Shown here: in pieces, positions 1 through 10,400 of the stretch
How the letters are laid out: the number at the start of each line of letters is the position of its first letter
Numbering within the stretch: the first letter of the stretch is position 1
Assembly (NCBI RefSeq): GCF_026571515.1
Contig: NW_026854785.1
Span: 1-64,000 of the forward strand
DNA: 64,000 nt
Reading direction: 5' to 3'
Source of the DNA: Ruditapes philippinarum
Lineage: Eukaryota
Made by a program: the position numbers and the translations under genes
The notes under the pieces: model-generated
Database searches by the model: none
Told to the model about the DNA's origin: nothing
The model's input: only the letters and a program-made list of their open reading frames with translations

Positions 1-57
1 ACAGGACCGACATTAGCAAAACAATATACCCCCTCTTCTTCGAAGGGGGGCATAAAA
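1..57 (+). mobile_element. 3' end (terminal stem-loop) of a Helentron/HINE-like non-autonomous element cut by the window start
   Basis: CCCCCTCTTCTTCGAAGGGGGG hairpin followed by CATAAAAA. The ends at about 3435-3455, 5846-5866 and 11670-11700 have the same architecture. Confidence 0.5.
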
Positions 58-132
58 ATAGAAACAATGACGCAATTTCTAAAAATAGAAACAATGAAGC
101 AATTCTATAAATAGAAACAATGACGCAATTCT
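55..132. repeat. Three tandem copies of a ~27 bp unit (AAATAGAAACAATGACGCAATT...)
   Basis: Direct reading of the repeated GAAACAATGA(C/A)GCAATT motif. Confidence 0.75.
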
Positions 133-219
133 TGTTGTTGTTGTTGTAAATATATATATATATATATACACCACACACACCAATAAATATATAATTATGG
201 TCATTTAATGCACAAATCT

Positions 220-1110
220 GAGAAAATTCATTAGTTTAACCTTCAAGGTCAAGGTCATTAAAGAGCCCAAGCAAATTTGGGTTTGATAAACAACGAGGTC
301 TGGTCCTTAAGAATGTTCTGTTGTAATATGAAGTTGATCCCTTTAATAATAGCAAAGTTACAGTCAGTTACCGCCAAAACAATGAAAATTTCAATAATTT
401 GACCTTCAAAGACAATGTCATTAATGAGTGAAGGTAAAGGTCTTTCGGTATATTTTTAACAGTTATCTTTGAAGATTATTATGTTCAAGTTTGAAGACAA
501 TCCATTCAAAAATAACAAAGTTACAGCCATATAGCCAAAACAATGAAAATTTCATTAATTTGACCTTCAAGGTCAAGGTCATTTATGAGTGAAGGTCAAG
601 GTCTATTTGATTATTTTTAAGGGCTATCCTTGAAGATTATTATGTTCAAGTTTCAAGACAATCCATTCAAAAATAACAAAGTTACAGCCAAAAATAGCCA
701 AAAAAATGAAAATTTCAATAATTTGACCTTCAAAGTCAAGGTCATTTATGAGTGAAGGTCAAGGTCTGTGTGGCTATTTTTAAGGGCTATCCTTGAAGAT
801 TATTATGTTCAAGTTTGAAGACAATCCATTCAAAAATAACAAAGTTACAGCCAATAACAGCATGAACAAGCAAAAATTGGACTTTTAACCTTGAAGGTCA
901 AGGTCATTTATGGATGAAGGTCAAGGTTAGTGTGGTCTACTGAAAGGTCTTGTCCCAAGGGTTGTTGTGGCCAAGTATGAAGACAATACACCAAGAAATA
1001 AAAAAGTTATGATCCAGGTACAAGTTTGCGGACGGGTACGGCAACGCCGACCTGACTATAACAATTACCTCTACTTTTTTTTTCAAAAAAAAAAAAAGTC
1101 GAGCTAAAAA
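220..1110 (+). mobile_element. HINE/pearl-like element with an internal ~162 bp tandem array
   Basis: ATGAAAATTTCA..TTTGACCTTCAA recurs at about 382, 543 and 706, with TGACCTTCAAGGTCAAGGTCA cores. A CGGACGG tract at about 1029 is followed by a T-run/A-run terminal hairpin at about 1068-1103. Confidence 0.65.
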
Positions 1111-1768
1111 AACTGGTCTCTAACAGCTTGCACACACCATTACTCTATCACTAGCTGGTGAAATTTCAAATATTGATGTGGCAAAAATGTTGAACATTAT
1201 AAGATGGTGTGTTGCTCACAAGAACCATTAGACTAGGTCAAAGGTCATACTTTAAGGTGAAATGCAAAAGAATAGTTTCAAACAACTTGTCCGCACCATA
1301 ACTCTATCACTTGCTGGTGAAATTTCAATAACCTAGCACAAATGTTCAACATCATGAGATGGCGTGTTATACGCAAAGGGTGGGACTAGGTCAAAGGTTA
1401 TATACGGTCATACTTTAAGGTCAAATGCAAAAAAAAATGGTCTCATGTTTTGTAAGCACCATTTTTCTATCAATTGCTGGTGAAATTTCAAATATTGACG
1501 TGGCACAAATGTTCAACATCATGAGATGGGATGTCCCCTACAAGAATTGTGTGGCTAGGTCAAAGATTAAAGCCTTATTTTATGGTCAAATGTAAAGAAA
1601 TGGTCACAAACAATAACTCTATTACTAGCTGGTGGAATTTCAAATAACTTTGCACAAATTTTCAACATCATGTGAGACGGCATGTGGCATGCAAGAAACG
1701 TTCGAATAGGTCAAAGCTCAAAGTCAGATGTGACTGCAGGCTCGACATGTGGCATTTGGGCATCTAGT
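1111..1768 (-). mobile_element. Degenerate HINE-like element, ~160 bp tandem units, opposite orientation
   Basis: ACTCTATCAC..GCTGGTGAAATTTCAA..AGGTCAAAGGTCA units at about 1140, 1300, 1465 and 1615. GGGCATCTAGT at about 1758-1768 reads ACTAGATGCCC on the minus strand, a plausible 5' end. Confidence 0.5.
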
Positions 1769-2334
1769 AATTGAAGATATGTTCAAAAGAAACAAAGTTA
1801 ATTTGGCTGTTGATATTTATCTTATAGGCATATATTGAAAGAATTAATAAAAGAATACAAGTGTTTTATTAAAATATCTTTCATCACTTTGCAAGCATAT
1901 TAAATAAGTGTCTGTTTAATAACTTGTGTAAATTTTCAGTTGATACTTATGAATCTTGGTCTCTTAATACCACCAGAATTGTTTAATCTTATGAAATACT
2001 GATGAAATGGGTATCCAATTAATCTTTTGGCCATTGTGTAAAGACATTATGACACATGTTGCTTTTGTAGTTTGATGACAATGACACCGTGACTTAGTAG
2101 TTTTTGTTGTTGAATAAAGAAATAGTCAAGGTTTTATCCAATTAAACTTGCTACACTTATATAGATGTGGGCAGATAATCTTTGTCGATTGTGGTTACCA
2201 ACATAATCCATCTGAATCTCTGGGGTTATTGCACTTGCTTTACTGAAACCTGGTATTATAAAAGCTATTGTCTGCTCTAAAACCAGTGTGGTCTCTGAGA
2301 ATCCTTGTGGGTATATATAATCTAGTTTGCTTTT

Positions 2335-2425
2335 TTAAGCTAGCTGGTAAGCTTCCTCACAGGCAGGATTTGAAACCCGGGAACTGGCTTGAAGACAATA
2401 ACCAAAACCACTTGGCCATGAGCTA
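2335..2425 (-). mobile_element. Degenerate tRNA-derived SINE head
   Basis: The minus strand reads TGGCCAAGTGG (A box-like) ... GGTTTCAAATCC (B box-like) ... TGTGAGGAAGCTTACCAGCTAGCTTA. Confidence 0.4.
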
Positions 2426-2459
2426 AATAAACAGTATGTCATCTTTGTCAGCATGACAG

Positions 2460-3460
2460 AAATTGCATGAACTGTTGTTTGGAAACCTTTTGGGAATACA
2501 AGGTCAAAGCAACCTTTACCTTTGACCCAAAACTCAAAAGATATCTACTGCCGAAGAACAATGGTTTTATAAAGTTTGAGAGCCAAAGGCCAACATGTTA
2601 TTTGTCAGAAACCACTTGACATACAATCTCATTATAATCTTGACTTTGACCAAATATAAAAAGGAGACATTTACTGACCAAGACCAATTCTCAGTTGTAA
2701 AGTAATTGGTAAGAAACCATTTTGACATACAAGGTCAATGTTACCTTTGCCCTTTGAACCCAACATTAAAAGGGGTCATATGCTGACCAAAACCAATGCT
2801 CCTCTAAAGTTTGAGGGCCAAAGGGTTGTTGAGGTTTTGGTCAGAAACTGTTTTACCATAGTGACATTTACCTTTAAGCCCTTGACCCCAAAATCAATAG
2901 GGGTTTTGTTCTACCCAAGACCGATGTTTCTACAAAGTTTGAGATTCAAGGGCCTATTGGTTGTCAAATTATTGGTAAAAATCGGTAAACAGTCATGGTC
3001 AATGTGATTTTGACCTTGACTGTTTACTAATTTTGACCGAGCAATACCAAAAGCAATAAGTGTTGTTTGTTGGCCAAGACTAATGCACCGATGAAGTTTT
3101 AGGGCCAAGGGCATATTTGTTGTTGAAATATTCAACAGATTTAATTTGACATACGAGGTCAAAGCGACTTTAAACTTTGACTATGCGTCTCTCAAATCAG
3201 AAGGGATTATCTACTTGCCATTACCAATGTACCTGTGAAGTTTGAGGGCCAAGAGCCTGTGAGTTCTTGATTAATTTGGTTTAGAATTTGACCTATGACC
3301 CCAAAACCAATAAGGTCATCTACTTTCCAAAGATACAGAGTAATGAGCATTTGCCTCCTCAAGTTATTGATCAAAAACAGTGTGTGTGACCGACAGACAG
3401 ACTGGCCAACTACTATCATGCTGCAATACAATGTTCCCTCTTCTTCAAAGGGGGACACAA
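2460..3460 (+). mobile_element. Degenerate HINE-like element with ~120 bp tandem units
   Basis: Repeated AAGTTTGAGGGCCAA / CCTTTGACCCCAAAA units, a (GACA)n microsatellite at about 3388-3402 and the terminal hairpin TCCCTCTTCTTCAAAGGGGGA at about 3435-3455. Confidence 0.55.
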
Positions 3461-4529
3461 ATAAAATTAAAGCTTTAAGAATAATGCCCCTTGTATTGCA
3501 ACTGCAGCATTTCAATATTATGAAGTGATACCTTTTATAATGTTTGAACAATGGCTTGTCTGGCTCTATAATGGTTGCAAAAGCTAATTGCTAGGGATTA
3601 CAGCTGGTAGATGTTTGCTTCATGTCAAAAGTTGTCTATTCAACACGTAGATATTTAAGTGGTCTGAAATTTAACAACTTAAAATTTCTTTTCCGTAATA
3701 TTTACTGCAAGGAAATCAAAGGTGTTATAATGGTAGTTTGGTACTTCTTAAATGAATTCAAGATGCAATGAATAATTTTTTGCATTTTAATCTTTGTTTA
3801 TAGCATATACAAAAAAATATCGGGGAATGTACAAAATAGATCTTTTGTTATGAATCATGCACTTTCAAGTTATACTAAAATTTAATACTAAAAAATAAAA
3901 CACAAAAAATGACTGAACATTGCCAAATAGTATGACTTATTTTCTATCCATTATTTGTGTCTCTTATTTTCTATCCATTATTTGTGTCTGAATACAGCAG
4001 ATTTATAATCCAATTTAAATGTAAGCATACATATTAATATGATGGACATAAAAAACAACAACATTCATTTATTCTATGAAAAATGAAATACAAAATTCTA
4101 GTTCTGATAATGTTATTAAGTACAATGTTATGTACTTCCTACATGAAAAAATAACCTGCCATTTGGTTTACACAACCACAAAAGAGTAAATGTAAAAACA
4201 TGTGTAAATATCTTTACAAAAAATATGAAATTGTAACAATGAAATGGAATGGTAAATGGCACCAAACAATGAAGATGAAAAAATCATTCAAGATCTTCAA
4301 AAAAATAATCCAAAATTTCCACTATATAGTCAAACTCTGAAATGCCTCAAAAATACAAGCATTGACAAAAAAACCAACAACATTTAATGCTTTAAGTACT
4401 CCTATCATAACGAAAAATATAGAGGTTACATGTGCCTGAACTTTTAACTATGTGCATATAAAACACTATCCTTTTACAAAATTACATTAAAAATACCTTA
4501 ACACATAAAAAACATGCAAATTTATGATA

Positions 4530-5870
4530 AACAAGAGCTGTCACCCACCCGAAAAGGTTTCTAAAGCATGCAGATATTATGAAAAGAAAAGAGAATGCAA
4601 GTAACTTATTGTTTAATATTATTCTTTGTATTATTGTATATGTAATATCTAACTGTGATAGCATTTACCTTCAAAATATAAGTGTGACCTTGACATTTTA
4701 AGAAGGGACATGGTTCCTGGACGCAATAGATTGCTGTTATGAGATACATTTAGACATTTCAAAATCCCTCAATGCATGATAAAGTTTCGGACATGATTGT
4801 TGTGTAAGTGGGGACACACAGACAGACAGACGAACATGAGCCTTATCTGCAACACATTGCCTTGATATGGTAGACATTTGTGCCAAGTTATTTTAAAATC
4901 CTTCCACGCATGACAAAGTTACAGTCCCGACATGAATGTGTATCTTCAGACTCTTCTCGAGAGAATGAGTACCTTCAAACTATAAATGTGACCTTGATAT
5001 TGAAGGTTAATGGGTCATGGGTCTTAGTCATGACATGTCGTCTTGATGTGGTAGACATTTATGCCTAGTTATTTTAAAATCTTTCAATGCATGACAAAGT
5101 TACAGTCCGGACACGATTGTGTGTACTTATAAACTCTAATTGTGATAAAGGGTAGTGTGACCTTGACCTTTGGGGTAGGTACATGATTATTGGTTGAGAC
5201 ACATCATCTTGATGTTGTAGACATTTATGTCAAGTTATTTTAAAATCTTTCCATGCATGACAAAGTTACAATCCAGACACAATGTGTGTACCTATAAACT
5301 CTAATTGTGATAAAGTAAAACTTAAAAATGTTAGAGTGACCTTGACCTTTGAGGAAGGGATGTGATTACTGGATGCAACACATCATCTCATATGGCTGAC
5401 ATTAACGCCAAGTTATTCTAAATTTCTTTGATGCATGACAAAGTTACATCTCAAACATCCTTTAATTGTGATAATGTGAAACTTCAAAATGTTAGTGTGA
5501 CCTTGACTTTTGAGGTAGGGACGTAATTCTTGAACGCAACACATCTTCTTGATGTGTTAAATATTTACGCCTAGTTATTTTAAAATCATTTGATGCATGA
5601 CAAAGTTACAGTACAGACACGAGTGCGTCTACCATTTTACTCTAATTGTGAAAATGTAAAACTTCAAAATGATAGTGTGACCTTGACCTTTGAGGTAGGG
5701 ACATGATTCTTGGACGCCACACATTGTCTTGATACTGTAGACAATTGTGCCAAGTGATTTCAAAATCCCTCAATGTATGACAAAGTTACAGTCCGGACAC
5801 AAATGAAGTGGGGACACACAGACGGACGGACGGTGCGATTTTAATATGCCTCCCTTTGGGGGCATAAAAA
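4530..5870 (+). mobile_element. HINE/pearl-like element with 160-180 bp tandem units
   Basis: Starts AACAAGAGCTGTCAC. GTG(T)GACCTTGACCTTTG units lie at about 5155, 5335, 5495 and 5675, followed by (GACG)n at about 5821-5833 and the hairpin ATGCCTCCCTTTGGGGGCAT at about 5846-5866. Confidence 0.7.
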
Positions 5871-6187
5871 TTATCATTTCTTCAAGCATGCATACTTTAC
5901 TATCAATAAAATATATTCAACAAAATAAAATTACTTCAAGTTACATCTGTCAGCAGTAAATGTATAACATTGATATGTAAATTATAAATTACCAACATTA
6001 ATAACAACATATTTGCAGTAGCAGTGAATAAATGTATAATAACAATCAAAATACTGTTTCTCTAATTGATATGAGAAATAAATGCAAGTGCAACAAAAAA
6101 TAATTCTATATAATTATGCACAATGATATGTAAATTTTAGAAAAGTACAAATTTTTAACATTGAAAGGAAGAATCTAGGATACATTT

Positions 6188-6408
6188 GAGCTGCGTCATG
6201 ACAAAACTAACATAATGGGTTTGCAACCAGCATGAATCCAGACCAGCCTGCGCATCAGCGCAGTCTGATCAGGATCCATGCTATTCGCTATCAGTTTTTC
6301 GACTTGTAAAAGGATTGGTAAGCGAACAGCATGGATCCTGATCAGACTGCGCAGAGGCGAAGGCTGGTCTGGATCCATGCTGGTAGCAGTTTTGTCATGA
6401 TGTGGCTC
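6188..6408. mobile_element. MITE with long TIRs (Sola2-like non-autonomous DNA transposon), copy 1
   Basis: GAG...CTC termini, a largely palindromic body and a 4 bp TSD ATTT (6184-6187 / 6409-6412). Homologous to the copies at 16028 and 18120. Confidence 0.8.
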
Positions 6409-7106
6409 ATTTGTTATCCTGAACAGTAATTTCACCTGAATATTTTACATATAGTAATTTATTTGACCAATAATAGCCTAAGGAATGCCAATCCAAATAC
6501 TCCTCTTGGTTAAAATCACACTAAGCAAACACAAATAGTAATGATACACAATTCAATGTATAATACAAATAGAATATATGTTTGTTTGTTCAGCAAAAAT
6601 ATAAAATATATCATCACATGGAAAAGTGAGAAAATGGCACAAAATAAATTCACACAATAAAAGTTAATTTCTCGCTTTGATATGAGATATAGCATCTTCT
6701 TAAAAAGATAAAAGAAGAAAGTAAACGTTTTCTCTCTATTTTTTGTCTAATATGTAAATAAAGCAATTGTTGATTGTTTTCATTGAAGCACAGGAAACTG
6801 TTGCATATTAAGATATTATACCAGTCATCATTGTGTCATAACTTGAAACTATTTCCATGAAGTAATGATGTTTATTCCATACTTATAAAAATAGACAATT
6901 GAACTTTTATGTACAGTACATTCATAAATTACTGAAATTTTAAACAAACAAAATAATACTTGTGCAAACAAAAATTATTGCAAAACTATATTACTCACTC
7001 TATGAGTGATATACTGTAACTGATATTATATTTTTCGCTGATAAAACGCAGTATTTCACTGGTTAACATAAAATAAAATATTATCTATGTGTAAACATTT
7101 TTTTTT

Positions 7107-7294
7107 ACATATTTATTTTAGCTCAAATGCCAAACAACTTTTAAGTTCTTGCAACAAATATTAATCACTTTCTCGTCCACTTCCTGGAACCAATCAGTAC
7201 TGGTGCCACATGAAGAAACATGGTTGTGACCCGATTAGTGCTCGAACCCCGGGTTGAGAGGCAGACACCTTAACCCCTAGGCCACCGCAGTCCC
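7107..7294 (-). mobile_element. tRNA-derived SINE just downstream of the HS6ST-like stop codon (probable 3' UTR)
   Basis: Minus strand: GGTGGCCTAGGGGTTAAGG (A box), GGTTCGAGC (B box), central CACCAGTACTGATTGGTTCCAGGAAGTGGAC and tail GAGCTAAAATAAATA. Confidence 0.7.
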
Positions 7295-7422
7295 CTTACA
7301 ATATGTGTATACATGACTGTATAAAAATGATTAACTGTCATACCTGAACCTTTGATACTTGCATATGTAAGCACCTGAACACAAAAATGAGTAAATATCA
7401 GATCCCAGGTCCGAGATATTAC

Positions 7423-10400
7423 TCATATCAAAAACTTAACTTTCTGCATAAACAGATCTTTGGCATGTAAATACAACTGAATGTCAAGTTCTATATATTT
7501 CATCATGTTAAGAAATTCTCCCTCTGAGACATTCACCTCCTCCGAATCGTCGTCTAACCCTTCAAAATCTCTGCTGAACTTCATATTGAATTTTTTCTCA
7601 AACAACTTTTGTGTCTCTCTTTGATATCTTGTCAAACCAAAGAACGCCATTTGTTCGATATTTTGTATTGCACTTTTAAGTCTTAAATCATCTTGATCCA
7701 TCGTTTTATTTTTCTTGTAACAACCACTTTTTGTAAGGTCAGCTAACATGCGCGTCTGTCTGTTTGTAGCCAGGTTGTCTTTACAGGCCATAAATTCATT
7801 CAGCGTAACGCCTTCCCAAGTTTCTTGGAAACAAGGACGCACCTCAAAAAGGTTGACGCGGTTACCATCACATCTTAACTTAGCATCTTCCCAGTGTTCA
7901 CCTCTTTTCTGATGCTGCCATTCACTCAGATATCTCGATACAGGATCTCTTATTAAGGTTATGTAGAAATATCTGAAGTATCAAATTTCATAAAATTTTA
8001 CATTTTTCTTTCATAATTACGAAGAAACCTAATATTTCATAAGTAAGCACAGAATTTACATAAATTCTGGCTTGTTTTGTCAAATAATATCTTACTTTAT
8101 AAAATTAGAAAATTGATGAAATTTCCTGTTATTTAACATGATTATAATGGATTGTAATGTATTGTTAGACTGGAATTTTTTGTGTCCAAAGGCACAAATA
8201 AAAAAGTTCAGTATTTCACCTTTCCTTAACACTGCTGTTGAGAAGTTTGTAATTATTCTTTTTTTGCCCAATGAGAATGCTTCAATTTGAAAATTTTCAG
8301 CCTTCCAGTGTTGCTCCTTTTAAGCTGTTTAAAAAAGTTCAGTATTTCACCTTTCCTTAACACTGCTGTTGAGAAGTTTGTAATTATTCTTTTTTTGCCC
8401 AATGAGAATGCTTCAATTTGAAAATTTTCAGCCTTCCAGTGTTGCTCCTTTTAAGCTGTTTAAATAATATATTTTTTGTCTAATTACTACTGCTATTACT
8501 TAATCACATTGGTACAATAATACACTATTTTTTCCCAAACTAAACACATATTACAGGACTGCTTCATTGTCATGAACAATTGTCTTACCTTCTTTGTCTT
8601 TGTTTTCCCTCTAGGTGGTTTAATGCATTAAAAAACCCTGGTAGATTTCCAATCAGCTGTAGCCACAGGGCCACCTACCTAAACCAATAAAACAAATATT
8701 ACCGTTTTTGGTTTACATAAACTGGTTTTTTAAAAAACATTGAAATGTCGTTTAAATTCTATCATAATATACATGTATTATAATACTAAGAACATGACAT
8801 TTGAAGCTTAACTTTAACAAACATTGTTAAAATAAAATTCAAGATGGATTTAAATGGTACTCTGAGAAGGGTTCTTTCTTTTTTGGTAGTTTGATACATT
8901 TTAGAATTACCAAAAGTGCTGTCACATTTTATGTATAATTATGCTCCTAGCACAGTAAGCCTTATTGAATACAAGAAGACCAGGCTTTTTCTATTAACAC
9001 ACTAATTACTGGATAATATACAAATTGTTGATCAGAATATGTAATTTAAGTGCATTTATCATATCACATGCTTGATAACTCTAAAACCTAGATAGAATAT
9101 ATAATACAGTGATGAAAACATGTAGCAGATTTATTTCCCTGAACTAAAATGAAGAAAAAATCATCACATTTGACACATAATAAGTTTTATTTCTGTGTGG
9201 TTTCAAATTAAAGTGCCAAGTCAGGACATCAAAATTTAGTTAAACCTTTAAATAAAATTATTTCTTCTCACATTCGGAAAAAATCTATTGAAGTAACTTT
9301 CATATTTGACAATTTATATCACCGACAGTTGGGTTGTGGAGCTCCAAACGCATTAAAATCCTAATAAAATGTATATTTGACAATCTTAGCACATATCATA
9401 ATTATATGTCAAAAAAAATCTTAAAGCTAATATAACAAGAATTTGTAACAGAGTTACCAACGTCCCCCGCCTCGGGGAAGTTTTATATGAAGCATAAAAT
9501 TGTGCTATTTCAAAAGATTTAGTTATGGATTTCAGGACTTTCAGTCCAAAATTATGATCAATGCTAGATCTGCAAATACAACAATAAATTTATTAAAGAA
9601 ATACTAGTAAAATGAAACACAGAATTTAAAATTCTATCATGTTAACCTTTGACCACTAAGTGTGACCTTGACCTTGGAGGTAGGGGTGCATGTGTTGTGC
9701 ATGACATATCGTCTTATATATATTACTATTTGTGCCAAGTATTTCAAAATCCCTTGAACTATGTGAAAGTTATAGATCAGACACAAAAATACCCTATAAC
9801 ACACTATGTCTATCCTTGACCTCTAAGTGTGACCTTGAAGGTAGGGACCCATGTTTTGCGCCTGATATATCATCTTATTATTGTGATTATTTGTGCAAAG
9901 TATTTTTATAATCCCAGGTTATGGACTGGACACAAAATATAACCTATAACAGACTATGTAAATCTTTGACCTCTACGTGTGACCTTCACCTTGGAGGTAG
10001 GGACACATATGTTATGCATGACATATCATCTTATCATTGTGTCTATTTGTGCCAAGTATTTTCAAAATCCCTTGATCTACAAAGAAGTTATAGAGGGGAC
10101 ACAAAATAAACCATATAACAGACTCTGTTAACCTTTGACCTCTAAGTGTGACCTTGACCTTGGAGGTAGGGGTGCAGGTGTTGTACCTGACATATTGTCT
10201 TATTATTGTGACTATTTGTGCCAAGTTATTTCAAAATCCTGAAGAAGTACAAATATACCCTAAAACAGATATGTTAACTTTTGACCTCTAAGTGTGACCT
10301 TGAACTTGGAGGTAGGGATGCAGGTGTTGCGCATGACACATTGTCTTATTATAGTGACTATTTGTGGCAAGTATTTACAAAATCCTTTCATCTATAAAAA

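Noticed and set aside
2738-3551. Overlapping ORFs of 77-114 aa
   Set aside because: They lie within a degenerate tandem-repeat element and show no protein motifs
6196-6435. ORF MKLLFR...MDPDQ (and the similar ORF at 16072-16302)
   Set aside because: Translations of the palindromic MITE. The similarity reflects the repeat, not a gene family.
7230-7294. Functional tRNA gene
   Set aside because: A and B boxes are present but there is no complete cloverleaf, and the sequence continues into a SINE body and tail
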